64,000 nucleotides of DNA from Planctomycetota bacterium (GTDB taxonomy: Bacteria > Planctomycetota > UBA1135 > UBA2386): NCBI GenBank assembly GCA_965228735.1, contig OZ245838.1, positions 6,080,001 to 6,144,000 of the forward strand. The letters are read 5' to 3'. The translations under genes and the position numbers were made by a program. Below, piece after piece: positions 19,225 to 28,117 of the stretch (position 1 is the stretch's first letter; each line of letters begins with the position of its first letter). The notes under the pieces were generated by a model. It searched no databases. It saw only the letters and a list, made by a program, of their open reading frames with translations, and had not been told where the DNA came from.

Positions 19225-19833
19225 TCATGCGTCGGGCGAACCGACGAGCTCCGGCACCTCGGCCGTGGCAGCGGTGACCGCCTCGACCATCGTGATCGCG
19301 CGCCCCGTCACGCTGCTGAGGTCCGTCATCACGTCGGGCGACAGGCCGCACGGCCGCACCTGCTGCCATGATGCCTGATCCATCGCGATGTTGAGCGCGA
19401 TGCCGTGCAGGTTGACCCAGCGTTTGATCGCCACGCCGATCGAGGCGAACTTCCGCTGCCCGGCGAACACCCCGGTGCCGTCGACCGACGGCGTTGCCTG
19501 GACCCCGAACCGCGCCGCGAACGCGACGCCGAACGCCTCGAGCCGCCGCAGCCAGTCGCGGACGTCGCGCCGCGGCAGCCGCACGATGGGGTAGACGACG
19601 AGCTGTCCGGGGCCGTGGTAGGTGATCTTGCCGCCGCGCTCGATCTCGACCGTGTGCGGCCCGAGTTCGGCCTTCGGCGTCGCGCGCCCGGCGGTGTAGA
19701 CCGGCTCGTGCTCGACGAGCAGCACGCGGCCCGGGTCGTCGCCGTGCTGGACGGCTGCGTGCAGCTCCCGCATTCGGGTCAGCACGGGACGGTATTCGGC
19801 GCGCCCCAGATCCTCGACAACGACGGACTGCAT
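19225..19833 (-). CDS. lipB: Lipoyl(octanoyl) transferase
   Basis: EHEPVYTAG, RGGKITYHGPGQLVVYP, KFASIG, HGIALN, PCG. Confidence 0.95.
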   Translation of the reverse strand: MQSVVVEDLGRAEYRPVLTRMRELHAAVQHGDDPGRVLLVEHEPVYTAGRATPKAELGPHTVEIERGGKITYHGPGQLVVYPIVRLPRRDVRDWLRRLEAFGVAFAARFGVQATPSVDGTGVFAGQRKFASIGVAIKRWVNLHGIALNIAMDQASWQQVRPCGLSPDVMTDLSSVTGRAITMVEAVTAATAEVPELVGSPDA

Positions 19834-19848
19834 CGACAGACTACCCAC

Positions 19849-20244
19849 GTGCTCCTGGCTTCGTTGTCCTTCAACCTGGTGTCTACGGCCCTGGTCCTGC
19901 CTCAGCTCGAGATCGAGCCGTCCCGCATCGCGGTCGGGCAGACGGTGGAGGTGCGGGCGATGCGGCACGACCGCGCGCTCGCGGACGCGCCGATCGAGCT
20001 CGTGTTGCCGGATGGCAGCGAATCGACGATCGGTACGACGGGCGCTGACGGACGGCTGACGTTCGTGCCGGCGGCGGCTGGCGAGCACGTGTTGCGTACC
20101 GAGGCCGAGGGCGTCGTCATGCTCGCGCCGCTGCACGTGCTGCCGGCGCGGCCGCGCTGGCTCGTCGCGGCCGTCTGCGTCCCCCTCGGTCTGGCGCTGC
20201 TCTGGCGCAATCTCAGCCGAGCACGCGGTCGACGTGCGTCGTGA
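19849..20244 (+). CDS. Small exported Ig-like protein with a C-terminal TM anchor
   Basis: Hydrophobic N-terminus, 'GTTGADGRLTFVP..AGEH' beta-sandwich motif, C-terminal TM plus basic tail. The 3' end overlaps trxA. Confidence 0.55.
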   Translation: MLLASLSFNLVSTALVLPQLEIEPSRIAVGQTVEVRAMRHDRALADAPIELVLPDGSESTIGTTGADGRLTFVPAAAGEHVLRTEAEGVVMLAPLHVLPARPRWLVAAVCVPLGLALLWRNLSRARGRRAS

Positions 20245-20533
20245 CCGTGCGCAGGTCCTTGTTGCCGGTGAAGCGCTCGACTTCCTTGCCGTCCTTGAAG
20301 AACACGCAGGTCGGCACGCTCATGATGCCGAGGCTGGCCGCGGACTCCTGGGCGTTGTCGATGTCGAGCTTGTAGACATCGATGCGTCCCTTGTAGTCCT
20401 CGGCGACCTTGTCGATCGTCGGAGCAAGCGCCTTGCACGGTCCGCACCAGCTGGCCGAGAAGTCGACGAGCACGGGGACCGAGGCGTTCTGCAGCGTGGA
20501 CTGGAAGTTGGTGTCCGTCAGTTCGTTTACCAT
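20213..20533 (-). CDS. trxA: Thioredoxin
   Basis: VLVDFSASWCGPCK, GIMSVPT; 106 aa. Confidence 0.96.
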   Translation of the reverse strand: MVNELTDTNFQSTLQNASVPVLVDFSASWCGPCKALAPTIDKVAEDYKGRIDVYKLDIDNAQESAASLGIMSVPTCVFFKDGKEVERFTGNKDLRTVTTHVDRVLG

Positions 20534-20613
20534 GATGTGCTGAGGGCCGGAGGGTAGTGGCGATTGGAGTCTGAAGTGGTGGTGCCGACCGTGAGGGCCA
20601 ACGGTGTTGTGGC

Positions 20614-20853
20614 CTACGCGCCTGGCGCCTGGCGGTTGAGGGCGGCGAGCAAACGGTCCGTGGGGATGCCGTTCTGCTGCGCGACCGTCTCGATCGAATC
20701 GTGCTGATCGAAGCCGCAGTTGCTGCAGCCGCCGAGGTGGAAGTCACGCATCAGAACCATGCCCAGCGAAGGGTCGGCGGTCAGCGCCTCGAGCATCGTG
20801 GTCTGGGCCGTGAATCGCGTCGGGCTCGACGTCTTGCCGGGGTTGTCGTTCAT
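20614..20853 (-). CDS. Small CxxC protein, DUF1858-like
   Basis: 79 aa, 'FHLGGCSNCGFDQHDSIETVAQQNGIPTDRLLAALN'; lies between mrp and trxA. Confidence 0.7.
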   Translation of the reverse strand: MNDNPGKTSSPTRFTAQTTMLEALTADPSLGMVLMRDFHLGGCSNCGFDQHDSIETVAQQNGIPTDRLLAALNRQAPGA

Positions 20854-20939
20854 CGTAGTTCGATCGTGCGGAGTGAGTGGGGGCGAGTGGGAGCGCAGGC
20901 CGTCGGTGGCCACGTCGGCTCGCGAGGATAGCAGGCGCG

Positions 20940-22007
20940 CTACTCCGCGTTGAGCACGCTGACGCGTTGCGCCATTCGGCCCGCGATCTCGAGGATCGCC
21001 TTGGCCGCCGCGGAGTTCGGGTCGGTCGTGACGATCGGCGCGCCGCGGTCGCCGCCTTCGCGCACGGGCACTTCGATCGGGATCTGGCCGAGCAGCGGCA
21101 CGCCGAACTCCTGCTCGATGCGCTTCCCGCCGCCCTCGCCGAACAGGTGGTACTTCTCCGTGTGACCCGGCGGCGTGAACCACGCCATGTTCTCGACGAC
21201 GCCGAGGATCGGCACGTTGACCGTCTGGAACATGCGGATCGCCTTCTTGACGTCGAGCACCGACACGTCCTGCGGCGTCGTGACGATGATCGCGCCCATG
21301 AGGTGGGCCTGCTGGCTGAGCGACAGCTGCGCGTCGCCCGTGCCCGGCGGCAGGTCGACGACGAGGTAGTCGACGTCGCGCCACGCCACGTCGAACAGGA
21401 ACTGGCGCACCGCGGAGTGCAGCATTGGACCGCGCCAGATGACCGGCTGGTCCTCGGCGACCAGCAGCGCCATCGAGATGACCTGCAGGCCGTGGCGTTC
21501 GAACGGCACGATCTTCTTCTCGATGACCTCGGGCTGCCCCGTGATGCCGAGCATCAGCGGCACGTTCGGCCCGTAGACGTCGGCGTCGAGGATGCCCACC
21601 GTGGCGCCCGTCTTCTGCAGGGCACACGCGAGGTTGACCGCGACGGTCGACTTGCCGACGCCGCCCTTGCCGGAGGACACGGCGATGACGTTCTTGACGC
21701 CGGGGATCAGGCCCTTGTCGCCGAGCACCGGCCGGGAGGCCGTGACCTGCGCCGTCATCTCGACCGCGACCGAAGTCACGCCCGGCAGCGCCTTCACGGC
21801 CGTCTCCGCCTGGCTCTTCATCAGCTCCTTCACCGGGCACGCGGGCGTGGTGAGTTCGATCTGGAACGCGACCTGACCGCCGCGGATCTCGAGTTCCTTG
21901 ACGAACCCGAGGTCCACGATGTTGCGGTGGAGGTCGGGGTCCTGCACCGCGGAGAGCGCCTCGAGGACGGCGGCTTCGGTGGGCTCACTGGCGGCGGGGG
22001 CGGTCAT
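20940..22007 (-). CDS. mrp: Mrp/NBP35 (ApbC) Fe-S cluster carrier ATPase
   Basis: N-terminal DUF59 (VQDPDL...TTPACP), SGKGGVGKST, DADVYGP, WRGPM, DLPPGTGD, GVVENM. Confidence 0.95.
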   Translation of the reverse strand: MTAPAASEPTEAAVLEALSAVQDPDLHRNIVDLGFVKELEIRGGQVAFQIELTTPACPVKELMKSQAETAVKALPGVTSVAVEMTAQVTASRPVLGDKGLIPGVKNVIAVSSGKGGVGKSTVAVNLACALQKTGATVGILDADVYGPNVPLMLGITGQPEVIEKKIVPFERHGLQVISMALLVAEDQPVIWRGPMLHSAVRQFLFDVAWRDVDYLVVDLPPGTGDAQLSLSQQAHLMGAIIVTTPQDVSVLDVKKAIRMFQTVNVPILGVVENMAWFTPPGHTEKYHLFGEGGGKRIEQEFGVPLLGQIPIEVPVREGGDRGAPIVTTDPNSAAAKAILEIAGRMAQRVSVLNAE

Positions 22008-22316
22008 GGGGGGCAGGACAAATAGCCTCGGAATGGGGCCTATTCAATGCCGGCGCGGGGACATTCCACCCGCAATGCGTGGCGCGGCCGGTCGCGTGCT
22101 GCCCGGCGGCTCGACCGGCCAGGATCCCGGCCGCATGGCCCGTTCGCCATTGCGGGGGGCTGCGTGGGGAGCGGGGCCGGCCGGGAAGTTCTGGAAGCAC
22201 GCGAAGATCCGCGGCGTTGATCCGTCCAAGTGCCTCCCGGCGCCACAATCTGCACCCCCAGCACTGCCTTGGCTCGTAGAGTCCTGGCAGGTCCCCGCCG
22301 CCAATTCCGAATTCCG

Positions 22317-23225
22317 ATGAAGTCCGCCGTCCTGCTCGTTCTGCCGTTCCTGATCACCGCGCTCCCGGCCCAGAGTCCCGTGCCGGTCCGGCAGAAGCCG
22401 GCGCCGAGCGAGGTCAACGGCGGTGATGAAGTCAAGCTCAACGACTCGGGCGAGCCGATGTACGAGGGGCGGCCGAGCAAGAAGGTCAACAGCGAGATCG
22501 TTCCCCGCGTGCGCGCCGCGTCGGCGTTCTGCATGTTCTACGTGCACACGGAGCCGACCAAGCTGATGCCCGGCGAGACGGGCAAGCTCATCGTCACGGC
22601 GTCGCTCAAGGATCGGGCCGTGCTGCCGTCGCCGGCGCCGTTGCGCGTGACCTCGCCGGCCACGCAGGGCCAGCTGACGCTGGGGCCCGCGACCGTGCTG
22701 CCGGCCGAACTCGGTCGCCTCCCCGGCGCCTACCGCGGCCGTCCCGTCTACGACAACTGGGCGACGATCGAGATGCCGATCACCGTCGCGGCGAGCGCGC
22801 CGGTCGGCAAGAAGCAGTCGGTCGTGGTGGAGTTCTCGTTCGAGCTCTTCGACGGCAACACGGCGCAGAGCCTCGGCGAGTTCGTCGATCGGGCGCTGGG
22901 CCAGATCGAGATCGGCAAGTCCTACGACCCGCAAGTTCAGGGCGGCTACGAGGCGCCCGCGGCCGCGGCGGCCGCTGCCGCCGAACCGCAGCCCGAGATC
23001 CGGCCGATGGCCGACGATCCCGATGAGCCGCTGACCCCTGCCGTCGGCGGTGCGGAGCCGCTGCCGGTAGTCGATTCGGGAGCTCAGGCAAAGGCGGTCG
23101 CGCCGATCGTCGACGAGGGCCCGGTCGCGCAGATCGAGGACGACGAGGGCAACCGGTGGATCCTCATCGTGGGTGGTGGCGCGCTCGCGCTCGCCGTCCT
23201 GCTGCTCGTTCTGAAGAAGAAGTAG
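22317..23225 (+). CDS. Secreted protein with C-terminal TM helix and KKK tail
   Basis: Signal peptide ...TALPA|Q, beta-sandwich-like core, acidic Ala/Pro linker, 'WILIVGGGALALAVLLLVLKKK' end. Confidence 0.75.
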   Translation: MKSAVLLVLPFLITALPAQSPVPVRQKPAPSEVNGGDEVKLNDSGEPMYEGRPSKKVNSEIVPRVRAASAFCMFYVHTEPTKLMPGETGKLIVTASLKDRAVLPSPAPLRVTSPATQGQLTLGPATVLPAELGRLPGAYRGRPVYDNWATIEMPITVAASAPVGKKQSVVVEFSFELFDGNTAQSLGEFVDRALGQIEIGKSYDPQVQGGYEAPAAAAAAAAEPQPEIRPMADDPDEPLTPAVGGAEPLPVVDSGAQAKAVAPIVDEGPVAQIEDDEGNRWILIVGGGALALAVLLLVLKKK

Positions 23226-23484
23226 GGCGGCAGAGAAGTAGGGTCCGCGCCGGGCGAACGCCGCCGGATCCACACCCAGGCCATCAGCCTCTCGCGGGTG
23301 CGGCCACCGCCGAGTCGAATTTCGGTAAGACGCAATTCAGCGCGCCGCATGCGAATCCCGGTCGCAATCGGCCGCAGTGCGAAGTGGAAGGCACGGAACT
23401 TGAAACCGGTTCTTGCGCTACCGCGAAGGCTCGTTCGAGACGAACCGTCGTATCACTGAGCCTCCGCACCCTGGAGGGACCCCG

Positions 23485-24690
23485 ATGGCATCCACGAAAC
23501 TGTTTCCACGATCTGGCCGCAAGAGCGCAAGTCCAATCCTCATCGAGGACTTGGACCGGCATCTCGACGTGGACGTAGATCGGTTCCCGGCGCTCTGCAA
23601 GCGCCTGGCCCGCCAGTTCGGCAAGCATCGCGCGACGCTCGATGTGGCAGGCTACCGCTACGTTCGGCAGCAGCTGACTGCCGAAATGGCAGGCTCGACG
23701 TCGGCCCCCGCGGGTCGCGGCAGCTACTCCGTCGAAGTTCGTCGGCTCGCCCCGATGGATCGCGAGGAGGAGTTCAAGATGGCCCGCCGGCATGAGTTCG
23801 TGCAGCGCGTTCTCGTCCATTTCCTCGCCGACTACGGGCTCAGCGAGACGGACGCGATGCAGCTGCTGCGACAGCCGACCACGGCGATCCGTGCAGCTCT
23901 CGCCGAGCGCACGCTGAAGTCGCGGAGCTCATTGGACGAGCAGTGGTTCGACGCGTTCCTCGACCAGTTCGAGGACCTGCGCAACCTCTACGTCGAGGGC
24001 GCGCTGCACATCGTGCTCGGCACCGTGCACCGGTATCGCGGTCTCGGCGTGGACACTGCGGACTTGATCCAGGAGGGCAACGCGTCGTTGTTCCAGGCCA
24101 TCGACGGCTTCGACTGGCGGCGCGACGTGCGCTTCCGGACCTACGCCCAGTTCTGGGTGCAGCAGGCCGTGCTCAAGATGCTCTACAACCACGCGCGCAC
24201 CGTGCGCGTGCCGATCTGGGTGCAGAAGGTGCTCGGCAAGATCCGCCGGGCGCAGGAAGCCGGGCGGCGCGACGGGCGGGAGCTCACGCATCAAGAACTC
24301 GCCGAGCGGCTCGAGCTGCCGGTCGAGAAGATCAAGTGGGTGCTCGAGTCGCGCCGTCATGCCGTCAGCCTCGACGCCGAGGTCGGCGGGCAAGAAGGCG
24401 CGTCCCTCGGGCAGTCGCTGCCCGACGACAGCCTCGAACCGATCCCCGATTCGATCCCGCCGGGTGACCTGGGTGCGACGCTCGAGGAAGCGATGGCGGA
24501 TCTGCCGGATCGCGAACGTCACATCCTGCGCAGTCGCTTCGGCCTCGATGGCGCAGAGCCGCGCACGCTCGGCGACATCGCGACGGACTACGACATCACG
24601 CCCGAGCGCGTGCGGCAGCTGCAGAACGCGGCGCTCGCCCGGCTCAAGAAGCCGGCAAAGCTCCAGCAGCTCAAAGCCTTCGTGGAGTAG
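23485..24690 (+). CDS. Sigma-70 family sigma factor (RpoD/RpoS-like, lacking region 1.1)
   Basis: GGAGG RBS. DLIQEGN...FDWRRDVRFRTYA, ARTVRVP, VSLD, RFGLDG...TLGDIA...TPERVRQLQ. Confidence 0.9.
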   Translation: MASTKLFPRSGRKSASPILIEDLDRHLDVDVDRFPALCKRLARQFGKHRATLDVAGYRYVRQQLTAEMAGSTSAPAGRGSYSVEVRRLAPMDREEEFKMARRHEFVQRVLVHFLADYGLSETDAMQLLRQPTTAIRAALAERTLKSRSSLDEQWFDAFLDQFEDLRNLYVEGALHIVLGTVHRYRGLGVDTADLIQEGNASLFQAIDGFDWRRDVRFRTYAQFWVQQAVLKMLYNHARTVRVPIWVQKVLGKIRRAQEAGRRDGRELTHQELAERLELPVEKIKWVLESRRHAVSLDAEVGGQEGASLGQSLPDDSLEPIPDSIPPGDLGATLEEAMADLPDRERHILRSRFGLDGAEPRTLGDIATDYDITPERVRQLQNAALARLKKPAKLQQLKAFVE

Positions 24691-24752
24691 GCAGTCCCTG
24701 ACTTCGCGGCCTGGAGCTTCAGCAGCTCGAGGCTTTCGTGCAGTCGGTCGGG

Positions 24753-25646
24753 CTACGACGACGAGTCCGCGGGCGGGTCGTTCTCGCGCGCGTTCTCGTT
24801 CATCTGCTCCCACGTCGCTTCGAAGAGCCGGCGGTAGACCGCGGGTCGCAGGTCGCGGTTGAGCGGCAGGATGCGGCGCATCGTCCGCACCTTGCGGCGT
24901 TCGATCTCGGCGATCACCGCGCCCGCATCGCCCGTGCCCGAAGCGAGGATCTCGCCAGTCGGCGCGATGATGCGGCCGTCGCCGGGGAACGGCATCGGCT
25001 CGCCGTTCTTGAGGGAGGCTTCCTGCCCGGTCCGGTTGCAGCCGACGACGAACATCTCGTTCTCGATCGCGCGGGCGCGCAGCAGCGTGCGCCAGTGCTG
25101 CGAGCGCGCCTCGGGCCATTGCCCCGGCACGACGAGGATCTCGACCTGGTTGTGGAAGTAGTAGCGCGACAGCTCGGGGAAGCGCAGGTCGTAACACACG
25201 AGCACGCCGAGCTTGCCGACGCCGGTCTGCACGATCAGCGGCTCTTCGCCGGCGGTGTGATGGCGGTCCTCGGCGTTGGGCGAGAACAGGTGGATCTTCC
25301 GGTACTTGCCGAGCGTCTCGCCGTTCTCGTGCACGTACGCCGTGTTGTAGAACCGACCGTCGCTCGGCTCGATCGTGCTGCCGACAATGACGAGGCCGTG
25401 CTCGCGCGACAGCTCGCGCAGTTCGTTCTCGGCGTCCTCGACTTCCTTCAGCAGCGCGTCGGAGTAGGTCTCGAGGAACGACGTCGACCATAGCTCCGGC
25501 AGCACGCACAGCCGCGCGTCGCTGTCCTTGGCTTCGTCGATCGCGGCGCGGACGGCGACGAGGTTGGCGGCGACATCGCCGGCGCGCACGTCGAACTGCA
25601 GGCAAGCCGCGGTGAACGGTTGGTGATCGTCGTCGTGATCGGTCAC
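24753..25646 (-). CDS. Carbon-nitrogen hydrolase (nitrilase/omega-amidase family)
   Basis: Catalytic triad motifs LPEL, YRKIHLF, VCYDLRFPE; ARAIEN. Confidence 0.92.
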   Translation of the reverse strand: MTDHDDDHQPFTAACLQFDVRAGDVAANLVAVRAAIDEAKDSDARLCVLPELWSTSFLETYSDALLKEVEDAENELRELSREHGLVIVGSTIEPSDGRFYNTAYVHENGETLGKYRKIHLFSPNAEDRHHTAGEEPLIVQTGVGKLGVLVCYDLRFPELSRYYFHNQVEILVVPGQWPEARSQHWRTLLRARAIENEMFVVGCNRTGQEASLKNGEPMPFPGDGRIIAPTGEILASGTGDAGAVIAEIERRKVRTMRRILPLNRDLRPAVYRRLFEATWEQMNENARENDPPADSSS

Positions 25647-25825
25647 GGTGGCGCAGAATAGCCGGCGGGCCCGCCGAATCGCGATCGGTGTGCCCAAATG
25701 TGTCGTTCGTGCCGGATCCGTGGGCGGCGGTCCGCGTACACGACGCGAGGCCCGCGTGGGGCCTCGTGGTGGTGCGTCGCTGCCGGCTCCGCACGTTCGC
25801 GGGTGGCCGTTCCCGTGCCGGGCGT

Positions 25826-26254
25826 CTAGCCCTTGAACAGGATGTCGTCGGTCGGCTGACCTTGCGCCTTCTTCGGGCGCGGCGCGGCGTTGCTGGCCGT
25901 GTCCGAGATCAGCTGGTCGCTCGGCTTGAAGATCACCGTCTCCTTGTTGGCGACGTCGATGCTCTCACCGGTCAGCGGGTGCTTGTAGGCGCGCCCCTTG
26001 CGGATGCGGCGCTCGAACGTGCCGAAGCCCTTGACGGCGACCTTGCCGCGCGCCCTGAGCAGTTCGGAGACCGAATCCAGCACGGCGTCCAGCACGCGAG
26101 CGGCGGTGCGGCGAGGCACGTTCAGCTCGGCGGCGATCTGGTCGGCCAGGATTCCCTTGTTGGCTTGGCGGCCGAAAGCTTCTTCGGCTGCCCCGGACTG
26201 GCCCGTCGCCTGATCCGTGCGATGGTTCGCATCCTGCTTCGTCATACGGGTCAT
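25826..26254 (-). CDS. HU/IHF family DNA-binding protein
   Basis: 'VAVKGFGTFERRIRKGRAYKHPLTGESIDV...VIFKPS', with N- and C-terminal extensions. Confidence 0.9.
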   Translation of the reverse strand: MTRMTKQDANHRTDQATGQSGAAEEAFGRQANKGILADQIAAELNVPRRTAARVLDAVLDSVSELLRARGKVAVKGFGTFERRIRKGRAYKHPLTGESIDVANKETVIFKPSDQLISDTASNAAPRPKKAQGQPTDDILFKG

Positions 26255-26327
26255 ACTTCCTCTTTCCCTTGTTACTGACGGGGGTGGTCCCGTCGCCCTT
26301 CGTCCCTTCTTACCTTTCCCCTCTCCG

Positions 26328-27161
26328 TCAGTTCTCAGCGGCCTGCGGTGCCGGTGACTTGGGTGCCCCGATGTAGCGTTCGAGGGCTGTCACCAGCTTC
26401 GCCAGGTATCGCGCCGCGACACTGCCCGGGAAGATCTCGCTGAAGGGAGTGCGCTTCAACACTGCGCCCTCAACGGAACTATCCTCCGGCAGCAGTCCGA
26501 GCCAGTTGAGGTCGAAGCTCAAAAAGCGATCGGTGCAGCCCTTCAGTTTGAGGAACACCTGCTCGGCTTCTTCTGGCGAACGGACGCGATTGACGACCGC
26601 ATGAATCGGGCGGTCGTACCCGTCTTGTACGATTACCTTGACGATGCCGTAGGCATCGGCAATGGAGGCGAAGTTGCTCGTCGTGACGAGGAGCGTGTGC
26701 TCCGCCATTGTGATGAAATCGGTCACCCCCTTCGACACACCGGCACCGGTGTCGAGCAGGATGATGTCGCAGAACGGCTGCAGCTCCTCGATCGCGACGC
26801 AGATCCGGGCGCGCCCGTTGTCGTCGAGGTTGGCCATTTCCTTCACGCCGCTGCCGCCGCTGATGAACTTCACCTGGCAGGGGCCGTCCTCGATGATCTC
26901 CGCGAGCTCAGCGTTGCCCTCGATGTAGTCCGACAGCGTGAGCTTGGGCTTGATGCCCGCGAGGATATGAGCGTTGGCGAGACCGAGGTCGGTGTCGACC
27001 ACGATCGTGCGGTGTCCGCGCCGCGACAGTTCGCAGGCGAGGTTGACCGACAGCGACGTCTTGCCGACGCCGCCCTTGCCGGACGTGATCGCGATGATCT
27101 TCGCGCCACCCGAGGTTTGCTCTCCCGGGGTTCGTTCTGGCGAATTCGATGGATCGGTCAT
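26328..27161 (-). CDS. MinD/ParA family ATPase, FlhG/FleN-like
   Basis: IAITSGKGGVGKT, DTDLGLAN, ISGGSG, LDTGAG, SIADAYGIVK, VVNRV. Confidence 0.88.
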   Translation of the reverse strand: MTDPSNSPERTPGEQTSGGAKIIAITSGKGGVGKTSLSVNLACELSRRGHRTIVVDTDLGLANAHILAGIKPKLTLSDYIEGNAELAEIIEDGPCQVKFISGGSGVKEMANLDDNGRARICVAIEELQPFCDIILLDTGAGVSKGVTDFITMAEHTLLVTTSNFASIADAYGIVKVIVQDGYDRPIHAVVNRVRSPEEAEQVFLKLKGCTDRFLSFDLNWLGLLPEDSSVEGAVLKRTPFSEIFPGSVAARYLAKLVTALERYIGAPKSPAPQAAEN

Positions 27162-27314
27162 GGGCTGATCTCGTTCTCGGTGGTGAACGTGGTGTTCCCC
27201 CAACTCGCTGCCCTCATCGGTCGGAATCGTCGATCGGCTTGCGTCCAATGCTGAGACAATGCGGGAGGCCACGCATGCGTTCCGGCCTTCCGACGGCCGA
27301 TCTCGCAACAAGCC

Positions 27315-27821
27315 ATGCGAAGTGCTCGAGGGAACAGGCGAAAAGGACCGGGCAAGGCGACGAAGTTGCCCGCCGTGCGGGTCGCGATGATTGCCGGCGT
27401 CGTGGGCATGCTCGGTGTCATGGTGGGAATCGCGGCGTACACGACGTGGCTGCTGCGGTCCGCCGGCGAGGGCGAGACGATCGATGTGTCGACACTCCTC
27501 GTGCCGTTTGCCGCGTTGTTCGTCGCCGGCAGCATGGTCGTCGTGGTCTTCCAGTCCCTGCATGTCGCGAATCGCGTCGCCGGGCCGGAACAGCGTCTCA
27601 AGCAGACGCTGCAACGCGTGCGCCGCGGCGACCTGTCCAACCGGATCCATCTGCGCCGCGGCGATCTCCTCGGGCCGCTCGCGCGCGAGTGCAACGAATT
27701 GCTCGACTGGCTCAATGCGAACCCGCCGGCGGGCACCGTCGGCGGCTCCGACGTCGTCCCGCTCGAGCCGGTCGAGGTCGGTGAGCCGAACGGTCGGGCG
27801 GCGGGGGAGGAGCGCCCATGA
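27315..27821 (+). CDS. Two-TM membrane protein with a HAMP-like domain
   Basis: Two hydrophobic helices, then 'NRVAGPEQRLKQTLQRVRRGDLSNRIHLRRGDLLGPLARECNELL'. Confidence 0.7.
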   Translation: MRSARGNRRKGPGKATKLPAVRVAMIAGVVGMLGVMVGIAAYTTWLLRSAGEGETIDVSTLLVPFAALFVAGSMVVVVFQSLHVANRVAGPEQRLKQTLQRVRRGDLSNRIHLRRGDLLGPLARECNELLDWLNANPPAGTVGGSDVVPLEPVEVGEPNGRAAGEERP

Positions 27822-28117
27822 CGGGACGCGTGCGCCTCGGCAACGAACGCCGACTCGCGTTCGTCGTGCTCGCGGCCGGCGTGTTGGCGTCGTTCTGGAT
27901 GCAGCGCGAGGCGGCGGGTGTCGACGCGATCGTCGCCGCGCGGTCGCAGCAGCTCACCCACCTGCGCACGGTCTCGGATCCGCGGCGCACGCCGCACCGC
28001 GACGGTTGCACGGGTGACGCGCTGCGCGGCGTCTTCGCCGACTACCGGATCCGCTGGCTCGACACGCCGTTCGGCCCGACCCTCGGACTCGCGCAGGTGA
28101 CGGAGCCGCAGTCGTGA
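27818..28117 (+). CDS. Small hypothetical membrane protein
   Basis: ATGA overlap with the upstream gene, GTGA overlap with the downstream gene, N-terminal TM. Confidence 0.55.
   Translation: MTGRVRLGNERRLAFVVLAAGVLASFWMQREAAGVDAIVAARSQQLTHLRTVSDPRRTPHRDGCTGDALRGVFADYRIRWLDTPFGPTLGLAQVTEPQS

Noticed and set aside
23389..23404. Possible sigma-54 promoter AGGCACGGAACTTGAA upstream of the sigma factor gene
   Set aside because: The -12 element reads TTGA rather than the near-invariant TTGC; not supportable without TSS data.
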